From the NCBI GenBank assembly GCA_964187785.1, contig OZ076409.1, forward strand, positions 26,786,001 through 26,850,000: a DNA stretch of 64,000 bases. Reading direction: 5' to 3'. The notes under the pieces were generated by a model, which saw only the letters and a list, made by a program, of their open reading frames with translations, was not told the origin of the DNA and ran no database searches. Position 1 is the first letter of the stretch. Each line of letters begins with the position of its first letter. Of the stretch, positions 36,774-51,484 are shown piece by piece. The position numbers and the translations under genes are program-made. The stretch comes from Amphiscolops sp. MND2022 (taxonomy: Eukaryota).

Positions 36774-39700
36774 TCAGTATTTTCAATATTTTACCGTCTT
36801 TCGGCGATAATTTTTACATGAACATTATACCAAAAAATTTTTCTGATTTTTCTCAATCCCATGATAGTTTTTGTTTGTAGAACTCACCAAGAAAACAAAA
36901 ATGGGAGCACTTTTCCGTTCAGTAAAATTGGAAATACATGTATTGAGATAGGAATTTCAGACTTACACTTGGTAAAACTCCCATCAATATACATTTTCCA
37001 AAAATATCCAAAATCAAATTTCATCTTTGTTTTCGAGATTTGAGTGTATCTGCAAGGCAAAATTTATCAAAAAATATTTATTGGATCACATATATTTTCT
37101 CAAAAATTAGCAATTTCAAATATTTTCTTCTCAAAATCACATGTTTCTATCTTCGGAAACAGTGATGGTTTAAATTTCGAACAAAAACCATGGTATTCAT
37201 AGCAAAAATTCAAGAATCTTTTGTTTTTACCAAATTGAACCATATCGAATAGTTTTGGAGATATGAGACTGTAAAATTAGCCTTTTTGAGCAGCCAGGTC
37301 GCATTTTTTCTTCACACAACTGTACAACAAACAACTACTGACAAGCAACTTCGAAAAGTTTGAAATTTAAAATTGAAAGTGAACCCGGAAAAAATACAAA
37401 ATTGATTGAGTCATAATCGTCAAACTTGGTTTTGATTACTCCTCAAAACTACTAATTTTGTAAAATTGAGAAATCGGGAATAACTGTATATCCATTGTGC
37501 AATTCAGCAATTTAATAAGATAGTACAAAAGGTTGAAATTTCAATATTTCACAATGATTATGCAGTTATTTCCTTAAGGACTAGATGTTATACCGACAAT
37601 ATCTGAGTCACACAGACCAATAAAGTTTGTATTACCTGTTGAGAGCCGTGATATGTTGCGCCTTGAGTTATCTCAGCGACCATATGTTTTTGTGCCAATA
37701 ACTGACAAAATTTACACGTAAAAATTCCATAAAATTCCAAAAAATTTAGCTCTTTCTACCTGTTCTAGATTCGTGCTATACATTCCTTTGGAAAAACTTT
37801 AGATCTATCCTTCCAGAAGTCTCCTAAGTAGCTCATTGATTTGTAATTTGAGCTCTATTGATATTCATACAAAACAAAGCTCTCTGAAAATAGAACCCAA
37901 GTTGCAAAAGACTCAATTTTATTGGCATTTCGACACTTTTAATTATCGGCACTTGTCAAAACGAGTTCATTTGTTTCGTTTAAATATGTATTTGAAAAAG
38001 TACAAATACAGATGCTATGAACCTCATTGCTTTGTTGTTGAAATCTGTGGAACTTACAAAATAGTTTTTGAAAAACTATTTTGTGAGTATAAATTTGAAA
38101 CATATGGCTTTGAGTATGACTTTGACTCTGATATGGAATATGACCAGGAAGTGTAAATTAGGATGCATACATTTCTTTAACCAAATGACCTTACACTGAG
38201 TTTTAATCTCAAACTTGGAAAACAGTTACCGAATAACAAGACAGAAACCTCTCAAATCGGTGCCCACGAAGAAAGCTCAATAAACGGCAAACTTTTCAAA
38301 ATTGTTAGCGATGAATTGTTTTCATAAAAAAACCGAATAATCTATGTGCCAAGAAAACCAAGTGAGGCCCTTTGAGCTCAAAAGTGTTTTTTTTTCAGCT
38401 TAAAATGTCAAAAAAAAACATAAAGGACAACCTTTTAATGAAATTGACAATGCCAAAATCTAGACAATTCCAAAAAGAACAAATGAGGAACAATTTGCCG
38501 TATTGTAGTTTTGTATATCATGTAAAAAAGAAAACTCAAAAGGAGGACTTTTCTGCTATCATTAGTACTCCGTAGATCTTAGGCTGACAATTGTAAAAGG
38601 TGTACGTTTCCGAATGAAAATTGTCATCACAAAATACTTGCCATTGTAAGAGTCGGGCACTTTTTCTTACAAAAAGCAGCGAATGGCAACGCATCAATTT
38701 GACGAACTTGAGATTTCTGCCAAGGAGATTTTTAAGGAATTTAGACTTTAAGGAAAACTTCCTGTTCGTGGTATACAGCCAGGTGTATTTTTCTGAACGA
38801 GCTCGAAACAATTGAAACTATAGTTTGTAGTAGGATTGCGATTCAATGGTTTTGAAATGTGAGAAAGACTATTGAAGGAGCCTAACTATTTGAAGAAGAA
38901 GCTATTCTCTTTGTAAACAAACACAATCTTTCTCAAAATCAAAACTAGAAAAAAGTTTGGTTTCACCTTAGATCAGTCGGACATTCCAAAAACTATTTTT
39001 TTCTGGAGAAGACATTTTTTACCGAACGAAAACTACCTCAACGAACCAGCAGTCTTTCAAAGAAGTAACAATGAGTTCGAAAACAGAATTCAGGAAAAAT
39101 ATAAAAGTGTATGCAGATATCATTAAAACTGAAAAGAACTAATCAGAAACAGCTAAGGTCGGTAGACGGCCTAAAGATCAAGATACACAGAAGATATTTT
39201 AAATCTACCCAGGTCCATTTTTGTGAGCGTTCAGAAAAATTTCACAGAGGCCAATAACATTCCAATTCTAGAAAGGATTCATCTTGACCGAAACATCGAA
39301 AAAAAACAAAAATAACTGAAAGAATAAAAAATCCGGTAAAAATTTGATTTTCGAAAAAAATATGTAGCGCATTGCCGAAACACTCAGGCTTGCAGAACGC
39401 TTTTTGTTTCCTAAAGACATCAGCAAACTAAATAAGGAAACTCATCGGTGATATGAAATATATTTTCCCGAAAAGTCGCACAGTACTGAAAAAACTTCAA
39501 AGAAGTGTCCCTTGGACAAAATCCAGCTTTTCAAATGGAACAAGTTTGACCAGCGGAAGATTCGAAACATTGAACTTCTCTTTCCCAGATCCTGTTTCCC
39601 GCCTCTCAGTATTTTCAATATTTTACCGTCTTTCGGCGATAATTTTTACATGAACATTTTACCAAAAAATTTTTCTGATTTTTCTCAATCCCATGATAGT

Positions 39701-42700
39701 TTTTGTTTGTAGAACTCACCAAGAAAACAAAAATGGGAGCACTTTTCCGTTCAGTAAAATTGGAAATACATGTATTGAGATAGGAATTTCAGACTTACAC
39801 TTGGTAAAACTCCCATCAATATACATTTTCCAAAAATATCCAAAATCAAATTTCATCTTTGTTTCCGAGAGATTTGAGTGTATCTGCAAGGCAAAATTTA
39901 TCAAAAAATATTTATTGGATCACTGATATTTTCTCAAAAATTAGCAATTTCAAATATTTTCTTCTCAAAATCACATGTTTCTATCTTCGGAAACAGTGAT
40001 GGTTTAATTTTCGAACAAAAACCATGGTATTCATAGCAAAAATTCAAGAATCTTTTGTTTTTACCAAATTGAACCATATCGAATAGTTTTGGAGATATGA
40101 GACTGTAAAATTAGCCTTTTTGAGCAGCCAGGTCGCATTCTTTCTTCACACAACTGTACAACAAACAAATGCTGACATGCAACTTCGAAAAGTTTGAAAT
40201 TTAAAATTTAAAGTGAACCCGGAAAAAATACAAAATTGATTGAGTCATAATCGTCAAACTTGGTTTTGATTACTCCTCAAAACTACTAATTTTGTAAAAT
40301 TGAGAAATCGGGAATAACTGTATATCCATTGTGCAATTCAGCAATTTAATAAGATAGTACAAAAGGTTGAAATTTCAGTATTTCACAATGATTATGCAGT
40401 TATTTCCTTAAGGACTAGATGTTATACCGACAATATCTGAGTCACACAGACCAATAAAGTTTGTATTACCCGTTGAGCGCCGTGATATGTTGCGCCTTGA
40501 GTTATCTCAGCGACCATATGTTTTTGTGCCAATAACGGACAAAATTTACACGTAAAAATTCCATAAAATTCCAAAAAATTTAGCTCTTTCTATCTGTTCT
40601 AGATTCGTGCTATACATTCCTTTGGAAAAACTTTAGATCTATCCTTCCAGAAGTCTCCTAAGTAGCTCATTGATTTGTAATTTGAGCTCTATTGATATTC
40701 ATACAAAACAAAGCTCTCTGAAAACAGAACCCAAGTTGCAAAAGACTCAATTTTATTGGCATTTCGACACTTTTAATTATCGGCACTTGTCAAAACGAGT
40801 TCATTTGTTTCGTTCAAATATGTATTTGAAAAAGTACAAATACAGATGCTATGAACCTCATTGCTTTGTTGTTGAAATCTGTGGAACTTACAAAATAGTT
40901 TTTGAAAAACTATTTTGTGAGTATAAATTTGAAACATATGGCTTTGAGTATGACTTTGACTCTGATATGGAATATGACCAGGAAGTGTAAATTAGGATGC
41001 ATACATTTCTTTAACCAAATGACCTTACACTGAGTTTTAATCTCAAACTTGGAAAACAGTTACCGAATAACAAGACAGAAACCTCTCAAATCGGTGCCCA
41101 CGCTGAAAGCTCAATAAACGGCAAACTTTTCAAAATTGTTAGCGATGAATTGTTTTCATAAAAAAAAACCGAATAATCTATGTGCCAAGAAAACCAAGTG
41201 AGGCCCTTTGAGCTCAAAAGGGTTTTTTTCAGCATAAAATGTCAAAAAAAAACATAGGAGAACCTTTTAATGAAATTGAAAATGCCAAAAAAACTAGACA
41301 ATGCCAAAAAAAAACAAATGAGGAACCATTTGCCGTATTGTAGTTTTGTATATCATGTAAAAAAGAAAACTCAAAAGGAGGACCTTTCGGCTATAATTAG
41401 TACTCCGTAGATCTTAGGCTGACAATTGTAAAAGGTGTACGTTTCAGAATAAAAATTGTCATCACAAAATATTTGCCATTGTAAGAGTCGGGCACTTTTT
41501 CTTACAAAAAGCAGCGAATGAAAACGCATCAAGTTGACGAACTTGAGATTTCTGCCAAGGAGAACTTTCCATTTAGATTTTAAGGAAAACTTCCTGTTCG
41601 TGGTATACAGCCAGGTGTATTTTTCTGAACGAGCTCGAAACAATTGAAACTATAGTTCGTAGTAGGATTGCGATTCAATGGTTTTGAAATGTGAGAAAGA
41701 CTATTGAAGGAGACTTACTATTTGAAGAAGAGGCTATTCTCTTTGTAAACAAACACAATCTTTCTCAAAATCAAAACTAGGAAAAAGTTTGGTTTCACCT
41801 TAGATCAGTCGGACATTCCAAAAACTATTTTTTTCTGGAGAAGACATTTTTTACCGAACGAAAACTACCTCAACGAACCAGCAGTCTTTCAAAGAAGTAA
41901 CAATGAGTTCGAAAACAGAATTCAGGAAAAATATAAAAGTGTATGCAGATATCATTAAAATTGAAAAGAACAAGTCAGAAACAGCTAAGGTCGGTAGACG
42001 GCCTAAAGATCAAGATACACAGAAGATATTTTAAATCTACCCAGGTCCAGTTTTGTGAGCGTTCAGAAAAATTTCACAGAGGCCAATAACATTCCAATTC
42101 TAGAAAGGATTCATCTTGACCGAAACATCGAAAAAAAAACAAATTAACTGAAAGAATAAAAAATCCGGTAAAAAATTGATTTTCGAAAAAAATATGTAGC
42201 GCATTGCCGAAACACTCAGGCTTGCAGAACGCTTTTTGTTTCCTAAAGACATTAGCAAACTAAATAAGAAAACTCTTCGGTGATATGAAATATATTTTCC
42301 CGAAAAGTTGCACAGTACTGAAAAAACTTCAAAGAAGTGTCCCTTGGACCAAATCCAGCTTTTCAAATGGAACAAGTTTGACCAGCGGAAGATTCGAAAC
42401 ATTGAACTTCTCTTTCCCAGCTCCTGTTTCCCGCCTCTCAGTATTTTCAATATTTTACCGTCTTTCGGCGATAATTTTTACATGAACATTTTACCAAAAA
42501 ATTTTTCTGATTTTTCTCAATCCCATGATAGTTTTTGTTTATAGAACTCACCAAGAAAACAAAAATGAGAGCACTTTTCCGTTCAGTAAAATTGGAAATA
42601 CATGTATTGAGATAGGAATTTCAGACTTACACTTGGTAAAACTCCCATCAATATACATTTTCCAAAAATATCCAAAATCAAATTTCATCTTTGTTTCCGA

Positions 42701-45271
42701 GAGATTTGAGTGTATCTGCAAGGCAAAATTTATCAAAAAATATTTATTGGATCACTGATATTTTCTCAAAAATTAGCAATTTCAAATATTTTCTTCTCAA
42801 AATCACATGTTTCTATCTTCGGAAACAGTGATGGTTTAAATTTCGAACAATAACCATGGTATTCATAGCAAAAATTCAAGAATCTTTTGTTTTTACCAAA
42901 TTGAACCATACCGAATAGTTTTGGAGATATGAGACTGTAAAATTAGCCTTTTTGAGCAGCCAGGTCGCATTCTTTCTTCACACAACTGTACAACAAACAA
43001 ATGCTGACATGCAACTTCGAAAAGTTTGAAATTTAAAATTTAAAGTGAACCCGGAAAAAATACAAAATTGATTGAGTCATAATCGTCAAACTTGGTTTTG
43101 ATTACTCCTCAAAACTACTAATTTTGTAAAATTGAGAAATCGGGAATAACTGTATATCCATTGTGCAATTCAGCAATTTAATAAGATAGTACAAAAGGTT
43201 GAAATTTCAATATTTCACAATGATTATGCAGTTATTTCCTTAAGGACTAGATGTTATACCGACAATATCTAAGTCACACAGACCAATAAAGTTTGTATTA
43301 CCCGTTGAGCGCCGTGATATGTTGCGCCTTGAGTTATCTCAGCGACCATATGTTTTGGTGCCAATAACTGACAAAATTTACACGTAAAAATTCCATAAAA
43401 TTCCAAAAAATTTAGCTCTTTCTACCTGTTCTAGATTCGTGCTATACATTCCTTTGGAAAAACTTTAGATCTATCCTTCCAGAAGTCTCCTAAGTAGCTC
43501 ATTGATTTGTAATTTGAGCTCTATTGATATTCATACAAAACAAAGCTCTCTGAAAATAGAACCCAAGTTGCAAAAGACTCAATTTTATTGGCATTTCGAC
43601 ACTTTTAATTATCGGCACTTGTCAAAACGAGTTCATTTGTTTCGTTTAAATATGTATTTGAAAAAAGTACAAATACAGATGCTATGAACCTCATTGCTTT
43701 GTTGTTGAAATCTGTGGAACTTACAAAATAGTTTTTGAAAAACTATTTTGTGAGTATAAATTTGAAACATATGGCTTTGAGTATGACTTTGACTCTGATA
43801 TGGAATATGACCAGGAAGTGTAAATTAGGATGCATACATTTCTTTAACCAAATGACCTTACACTGAGTTTTAATCTCAAACTTGGAAAACAGTTACCGAA
43901 TAACAAGACAGAAACCTCTCAAATCGGTGCCCACGCTGAAAGCTCAATAAACGGCAAACTTTTCAAAATTGTTAGCGATGAATTGTTTTCATAAAAAAAC
44001 CGAATAATCTATGTGCCAAGAAAACCAAGTGAGGCCCTTTGAGCTCAAAAGGGTTTTTTTCAGCTTAAAATGTCAAAAAAAACATAGGAGAACCTTTTAA
44101 TGAAATTGAAAATGCCAAAAAAACTAGACAATGCCAAAAAAAAACAAATGAGGAACCATTTGCCGTATTGTAGTTTTGTATATCATGTAAAAAAGAAAAC
44201 TCAAAAGGAGGACCTTTCGGCTATCATTAGTACTCCGTAGATCTTAGGCTGACAATTGTAAAAGGTGTACGTTTCAGAATGAAAATTGTCATCACAAAAT
44301 ACTTGCCATTGTAAGAGTCGGGCACTTTTTCTTACAAAAAGCAGCGAATGAAAACGCATCAAGTTGACGAACTTGAGATTTCTGCCAAGGAGAACTTTCC
44401 ATTTAGATTTTAAGGAAAACTTCCTGTTCGTGGTATACAGCCAGGTGTATTTTTCTGAACGAGCTCGAAACAATTGAAACTATAGTTCGTAGTAGGATTG
44501 CGATTCAATGGTTTTGAAATGTGAGAAAGACTATTGAAGGAGCCTTACTATTTGAAGAAGAGGCTATTCTCTTTGTAAACAAACACAATCTTTCTCAAAA
44601 TCAAAACTAGGAAAAAGTTTGGTTTCACCTTAGATCAGTCGGACATTCCAAAAACTATTTTTTTCTGGAGAAGACATTTTTTACCGAACGAAAACTACCT
44701 CAACGAACCAGCAGTCTTTCAAAGAAGTAACAATGAGTTCGAAAACAGAATTCAGGAAAAATATAAAAGTGTATGCAGATATCATTAAAATTGAAAAGAA
44801 CAAGTCAGAAACAGCTAAGGTCGGTAGACGGCCTAAAGATCAAGATACACAGAAGATATTTTAAATCTACCCAGGTCCAGTTTTGTGAGCGTTCAGAAAA
44901 ATTTCACAGAGGCCAATAACTTCCAATTCTAGAAAGGATTCATCTTGACCGAAACATCGAAAAAAAAACAAATTAACTGAAAGAATAAAAAATCCGGTAA
45001 AAATTTGATTTTCGAAAAAAATATGTAGCGCATTGCCGAAACACTCAGGTTTGCAGAACGCTTTTTGTTTCCTAAAGACATCAGCAAACTAAATAAGAAA
45101 ACTCTTCGGTGATATGAAATATATTTTCCCGAAAAGTCGCACAGTACTGAAAAAACTTCAAAGAAGTGTCCCTTGGACCAAATCCAGCTTTTCAAATGGA
45201 ACAAGTTTGACCAGCGGAGGATTCGAACCATTGAACTTCTATTTCCCAGCTCCTGTTTCCCGCCTCTCAGT
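36774..45271. repeat. Three head-to-tail copies of a ~2.83-kb non-coding unit
   Basis: Unit starts at 36774, 39606 and 42438; the array ends at ~45271. The same short ORFs recur in each copy, with scattered SNPs and indels. Confidence 0.95.
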
Positions 45272-45312
45272 GTCACCATGCACAGTACTATAACTACTAA
45301 GCCAATTGGCAA
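45205..45312 (-). other. tRNA-like Pol III promoter head (SINE-like)
   Basis: On the minus strand, an A-box-like TGGCTTAGTAGT and a B-box GGTTCGAATCC lie ~65 nt apart. No cloverleaf is evident. Confidence 0.4.
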
Positions 45313-46749
45313 GTTACGTGGTGGAAGATCCCGCGAATTTTCCGGAACTTCTAATTTTTATTCGACGCTTTTGTTAGGAAATGCAGACCATAGAAGTGCT
45401 TTCACTAAAGACCACCAGCGAACAGATTCTTTGCATCTGTAACACGCGTAAATTCGTTGTCAAAAATTTGGAAAAGAGACTTTTGGTCTTATCGGGTATC
45501 GCAATTCATTTAATATTGGGAAAGAGTTACTGGGGGATTTTGTAGCAATAAATGCGTGTTATTCTAGAACAACATTGTATGTCTATGACATTTCAACGCT
45601 TACGAACGCTTATGTTACAAGCATACATAATGTTTGAAACATGTCAGAGCATCGTAGATAATACAAATAGTTTTAGATTGTTTTTCTACAAAAGATGTCT
45701 TCTCATTTCATGACTCTGTCAAAGTTACGGCCTCGCCAACTCTAACTTTGTTTCATTTTCTCACTTCGTCGTTTGTCAAAAAGCCGATTGCGTATACAAC
45801 CTTCTACCGAACACAACATCAAAATTGATCTGATGATATTTCAATAATCCAAAAACACACGTTGAACAAGAGCCCAGTGCTTTTCAATTTTCTGAATGCG
45901 TCAGCTTATAAATTATTTGTTATTTAGATGTGTCAGTTTTGAATTGCTAAATTCTATGAACGTTTCTTAACTTCAGGATAAGAATGTTTATAGCAATTTT
46001 GATAGTCTCTAACATATACTAGCCTTTTAAACTGCCAACAGTAAAAGTGCTCAAAATAAAAGCTTAAAAAAGAATACGAATACGATAGAATATGAAAATA
46101 ACGTAAAGTTTGAACCGTTGTGACGTTCGAATTCAGTGCCCAAAGTAGAAGTTGAAATTGGGTTTCAAATAATGAAATTTCCTATGCCGTCTAAACTCTT
46201 CCAGGCAGCCCTGAAAGGTTTCATATTTTATTCACTAGTGTCTTAATTAATTTGATTAGAAGGGAGGAATAAAAGCGTGAACGAACAAACGGAAGTGTGG
46301 AAACTTAAATCATCTCAGCTGATGACAGATTTTTCATTATTCAGAGTTGTCGCTAAAATTATTTCCGCTAGCTTAATGGTTTCGATAAAACTTGATGACA
46401 TCGAAAAGTTCACGCAATACAATTTTGCTTCAAACAGGAATAAGTCAAACCGATCAATTGGTCAATTTTGTGGAACTAGAGGGGAAAACTTTCATTCCGT
46501 CGAATTCGTTTTTTCCCCGACATATCGATTTGATTGATACCAGGGGTGGCCCCAAATAAGGATTTCTCATTTTTATCACCTAAGTGGAAGTTATCACCTA
46601 AAAGCCAGCAATGAAATTTTATTTCCAACCAATAGTCAATAGTGTGACAAGCTTTAACAAGTAGCTTCAACAAACTTAACAGTATCTTGTTTTGCTTCTA
46701 CATTTTTCAACAACGTCCACGACGTCGGATGACATCTTTTTCCTATAAC

Positions 46750-48464
46750 TGTGAAATTTTTGATTCTTTGGCGTTTCAGAAAAAAACCCATCTTTTTTGC
46801 GCGAATCACAGGTTATAGATCGAACTAAATTTCAGACATTCCACAATGTGTAAATCAGTAAAAACAGCTGAAAAGGCGAATTTAGCGTATTTCGTTAATG
46901 ATTTTGGCAAACGGAATAATAGAAAGTGTGAACTCGATTGTTTGAGTAATATAGAATCGACGTCAACAACGAAATTGTTCGAATTAGCTAAGTTAGAATC
47001 GACTGCTTCGAACGAATTTTGCTAAGTCTTTATTTTGGACGGAAACAGAGATCTGAGGGAAAAAAGGCCACCCTCCCTTTTTGGGAAGGACTTATCCGAT
47101 CAAGCTGAAAATTGGCTTGCATTAACTAGAGGTGTTAACTCAACTTTCGACTCGGAGTACTCGACCTCGTACCTCCCCCCAGTCCCGAGCTATTAGCACC
47201 GGAAGTGACCCAGGTCCACCCCCTACGAACTCGTCGGCCAAGTACGGAAAAAGTCGAATTATACATAGAATTGATAGCCCATATGATATTAGGCCGTTTG
47301 CGCACATTTTCGGACACCCACGACGTGTGTAGGAGGAGTACGGACCCTAAGTAAATAAACCCCGAATGTTATGTAAATAGCCAGCGGACGACCCCAAGAT
47401 CATGAAACTTACCCAAGATGTTCACCTAGCGACCCTAAGTAATATACATGAAAGATACATTGATCGATCCACTACGCGCGGAGTAATGTTTGTTTAAGGC
47501 ATGCGGGACCGGACGCACGGGCCCGGCCGATAAATGACATTTGACCTTGGCTTGTAATATATCAAACGAACCGGAATAACGAATGTAGTTGATTGCGATT
47601 GTGAACGGATCAGTATTCATAACCCATGCGGGGGTAACCGCCTTAAGTAAACAAACAATACGCATAACATGTAACTCGGGACCCGTTGACCCTAGGATGT
47701 TATAACTTGGTATATAGCAAACTTGGATGAGAGCCAATAACTTCAAGGTCACCGATGGACCTCAAGGTCATTTTAGATGCAACCCCTGAGGAGATAGGAA
47801 AACGTACATTAAAACATGTAAATCAGCGTCTGTAAGTGATAATTTATGCAATTCAGTCAGGCGGAACGATTCGCGATGTATTTCACCTAGGATGATAGAA
47901 AAGTACCCCTTACGCGTAGAGAACATGTATACCATGTAGTTGAAGGTCATTGAGCAATTTCTTCGATATTAAAAAAATCTTGGGTGACTTGGATTATTAT
48001 TGAAATGTGGACTTCGATCAAGATGATGAAAGATTTATCGTTGGCGGCAAGGAATGTTTAGTCGAAGTATAATTAGACGCGTTCACTATGCCATAAAAGG
48101 AATAGTAAACATGAAGGTAAACTCATGCAGATTTAAGACGCCGACGCCCTGTATGTAACGAAAATGTCAAGTATGATAGAAAGTCAAGATGAGATGACCA
48201 GAAACACGTGCGAAGAACAAATATAACTGAGGCGGCATTAGAACATAATTGAATAGACAGAACCGAGTTAGAAGGCTGGGAGCAAGTTGAGTCTCGCGGA
48301 GACAAGATACTTCTTCGGATAAATACTCACGCTTCTCGACAACCGAGTTAGAGAGCTAGAATTCAGTTGAGCCTCTGGACGGGGGCAAGAGATTCGAACT
48401 GGCTGGAGTAACTGGTCGTCGTTAACTCCGGGAGTCAGTGACAGAAACTGTACAAGTCCGGGAC
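46750..48464 (+). repeat. LTR1, 3'-truncated by a 444-bp deletion that also removes the PBS and gag start
   Basis: The junction GGGAC|GCGAG joins the equivalents of 53197 and 53642, with AC microhomology. Confidence 0.9.
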
Positions 48465-50624
48465 GCGAGCAGCTTGAGTTTGCGATGCAGGCCGTTGGAA
48501 GAGCAGTGAAAGGCAATCAGAATCGAGTCTTCAATTACGGAACCATTCGACCAGATAGGTTTCCTTCGAGTTCGTTTGCCGATTGGGTTCAATGGAAGAC
48601 CCACTTTATCGCAGTGGCCGAAGCGAATAGGTGGACAGACCCAGAGGCTATCGGTGCACTGCCAGTGTGTTTGAGTGGACATGCCTTGGAAGAGTTTCAG
48701 GCAGCACCCCGGGAACTGAAGACTCAGGTAGTGAATCGACGGGCGCCTACTTTACGAGCACTCTTTGAGCACTTGGACCAAGTGATGGGAGTCACAAGAA
48801 ACGATAGAGCAGGGCGCAACGAATTCAAAAGTTTGGTTCAGAAGGAGAGCGAACCCTTGAGGGAGTTTGCACGTCGCGTTCGCAATTTGGGACTGCTGGT
48901 CTTTGGTCATCAGGAAGCAGATCAGCGAGACGAATTGTTCCGTGAACGTTTTTTAGATGGACTATCAGATTCAGACCTGCTAGGAGTTTTGCTACGAGAA
49001 CGAGCGCATGGATTTGTTGGTACTGTGGATAGAGCGGTGGAGTTGGAACTATTGCCAACTCAGCAAGAACTAGGCCGAGCACACGAGTTGTGTACGCCAG
49101 GCTTGCACAGGAGTCAGCTGTTGCAGCTGAAGATCGAACTGCAGTGACGGAGACGAAGCAGCAGTTGGATGAAAGGACTAGGGCATTGAGCAGTCTGACG
49201 AATATGGTGGGCCAATTTGTTTCTACAGTGGTCAGTGCCCGTCGATGCGATGTGTGCGGCGAAGATGGTCACCCTGCAGAAGTTTTTCGACTCATCAGGA
49301 ATACTTTAAACTTGTGAGGGCCGGGAGACCGTCACAAGAGAAAGTTTTCCCGGCCGCACCAGAAGCTACGTTATCGCAACAGCAAGCAGAAGACATTGTG
49401 AAAGCGGTAGCGTCAAGGATAGCTACACAAAAGGTTCGCCAAGAATGTACCAATGAGATTCCACGAAGCGAACAGATGAAAGTGGAAACAATTGGAGTGG
49501 CCCGAGAAGTACTGCCCAGCAACAACAGCGCTCAGCAGCTTGGTATCATTGCGATGCACGTGGACCAACTCCGAACAGTGCGTGAAGTGATGAAGACGAG
49601 AGGGCAAGAATTCGACAGCGCTTTGGGAGGTACGTCAAAGCTTGTGAGCTCTTTCGGAAAGATATACACCGCTGCCGACACAACTGACAATGGAATCGCT
49701 GCTAGCCTCGAAAACCCCATTGTTCCATGGTCCCAACCGAGTGGCAGCAATGCAGAAGGGAAGTATGCGCCCCAGGTAGCTGTGAGGACGTGTACTCCAG
49801 TGTAAGGTTGTTTCGAATTATTCGATCGAAGTCAAGTCAGAATCACTAGCGCCAAAATTTTGCAACGTGAAAAGAAGCTGAATGAAAAGAAAGTCGTCAA
49901 GCCACAAGCGCGACGAGGAGCTGGTGAGCATCAATTGTGTCACCCTGGGCAACCGTTGGGATTGGAGGCTCACCAACTTGACAAAGAAAAGCCGGAAGAG
50001 CTTGACAAACCGCATGAATTGTCCGAGGACGATGAAGCGATGATTGATGAGCTGTTGAAAGAACTGGAAGAGCTTGACAAACCGCATGAATTGTCCCAGG
50101 ACGATGAAGCGATGATTGATGCTCTGTTACACGAATTGGAACTCGAGATTGCGTTCCCAGCCAGAGAAGAACGAATAGAATTGACCGCCAAAATAGAAGA
50201 AAATGAACTCCGTGCGAACCCCGATGTGTCAGCCGAAAGTACCAGTGAGGACAATGCGGCCAGCAGCTCAGAAGCTACGATGGAAGCAGAAGGGAGGTGC
50301 GGGTCAAAACGCTCTCACTTGACTGGGCGTTTTCAGCGACCAAACAGTCTTATTACCGTTGAAGTAATCCACCAGCGCCCAACACTCTGCCACAGAAGGC
50401 GATTGTGGGTATCCCACAGAAAGCATGGTAGATGGAAACATGAGCGACAGCAGATGGGCTTACGTGGGCTCTGCTGGCCGACCCACCGAAAGCATGGCAG
50501 ATGGAAACCCGACGAAATGGTGATCCCCCCGCTGCCAATGCAACCGAGACCGGAAGGGACCCGACGCTGGAGCAGCCGAAGGAAGAGATCAAGGTGGAAG
50601 TCTGTAAATCGATGCAGTGTCTAA
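48465..50624 (+). pseudogene. Copy 1 of gag (5'-truncated) plus frameshift-linked ORF2
   Basis: Near-identical to 53642-55801; slippery site TTTAAAC at 49305. Confidence 0.8.
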
Positions 50625-51484
50625 CGAGGCAATACGATGCTGCGATGTATGTGAAACTCCACTAACCGAACACTTAAGTATCAATTTCGCCAAAACTGAT
50701 TTTTTTTAATCATTAAGGTTTCAATTTATCCTTTTTCGTGAAGTCAGTATACTTCTTGTTGTCCAGGCAAATCAAGGTTCCGCCGACCGTAGTTTTTTTT
50801 GCAAGACGATGAAATTGTATGTAATTTTTTTCGATGAGTAACCTTTCAGAGGCTGAACTTCGAGGATCCCAATTCTTGTGTTTATATTCACTTCAATGTA
50901 TCAAAACCAAACCCTGACCCTAACAGATTACATTTATGAAAGCGCCTATGAGCATACCCACACCCCCTCTCTCGCGACCCCTACCCTAGTGCTACTCTCC
51001 TTGTTGTTTTGTTAGGCGCGATAACTAGCCCCAAACAATCCAAACTTATCCTCGAACATTCAAATTAGGAACAGTAGAACTCGTCCTTTGCGCATTGCCA
51101 AAAGGAAAAGATGCAATAAATTATTTTAGTAGGTTATTAGGAATGAATTGTTTGATTTGCTGTGGGACTGGGCGGCCATGAGAACGCACCATGAAGACCA
51201 GGAATATGAGGATGTCCTCAGTCTACTAGACTATATGAGCGATTAATAAGGTTTGTTAATTTATAGTCGCTTTAACTGATGTCTAAATTGCCTACTTTAA
51301 TTTTTTTATTTGGATGTTACACTAGTTCATCATTATTGTTGATAAATATCCAGCGGAGCTATGGACGCTTTGATTAGCCCACCCTCATCTAACCCATAAT
51401 ATATGTGTAACCTTGATACCACGATTCAGCCAACGACAAGACCGCTACGTTTATTCGGGAGAATAAAAGTCCAGAAGGGAAGAG

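Noticed and set aside
36861..45442. Recurrent short ORFs in the 2.83-kb repeat as genes
   Set aside because: Short, with AT-rich composition, no domain motifs, and frames broken by indels between copies.
50905..50990. Telomere-like CCCTAA/CCCTGA motifs in the gag-only element
   Set aside because: Only two or three imperfect units; not distinguishable from chance.
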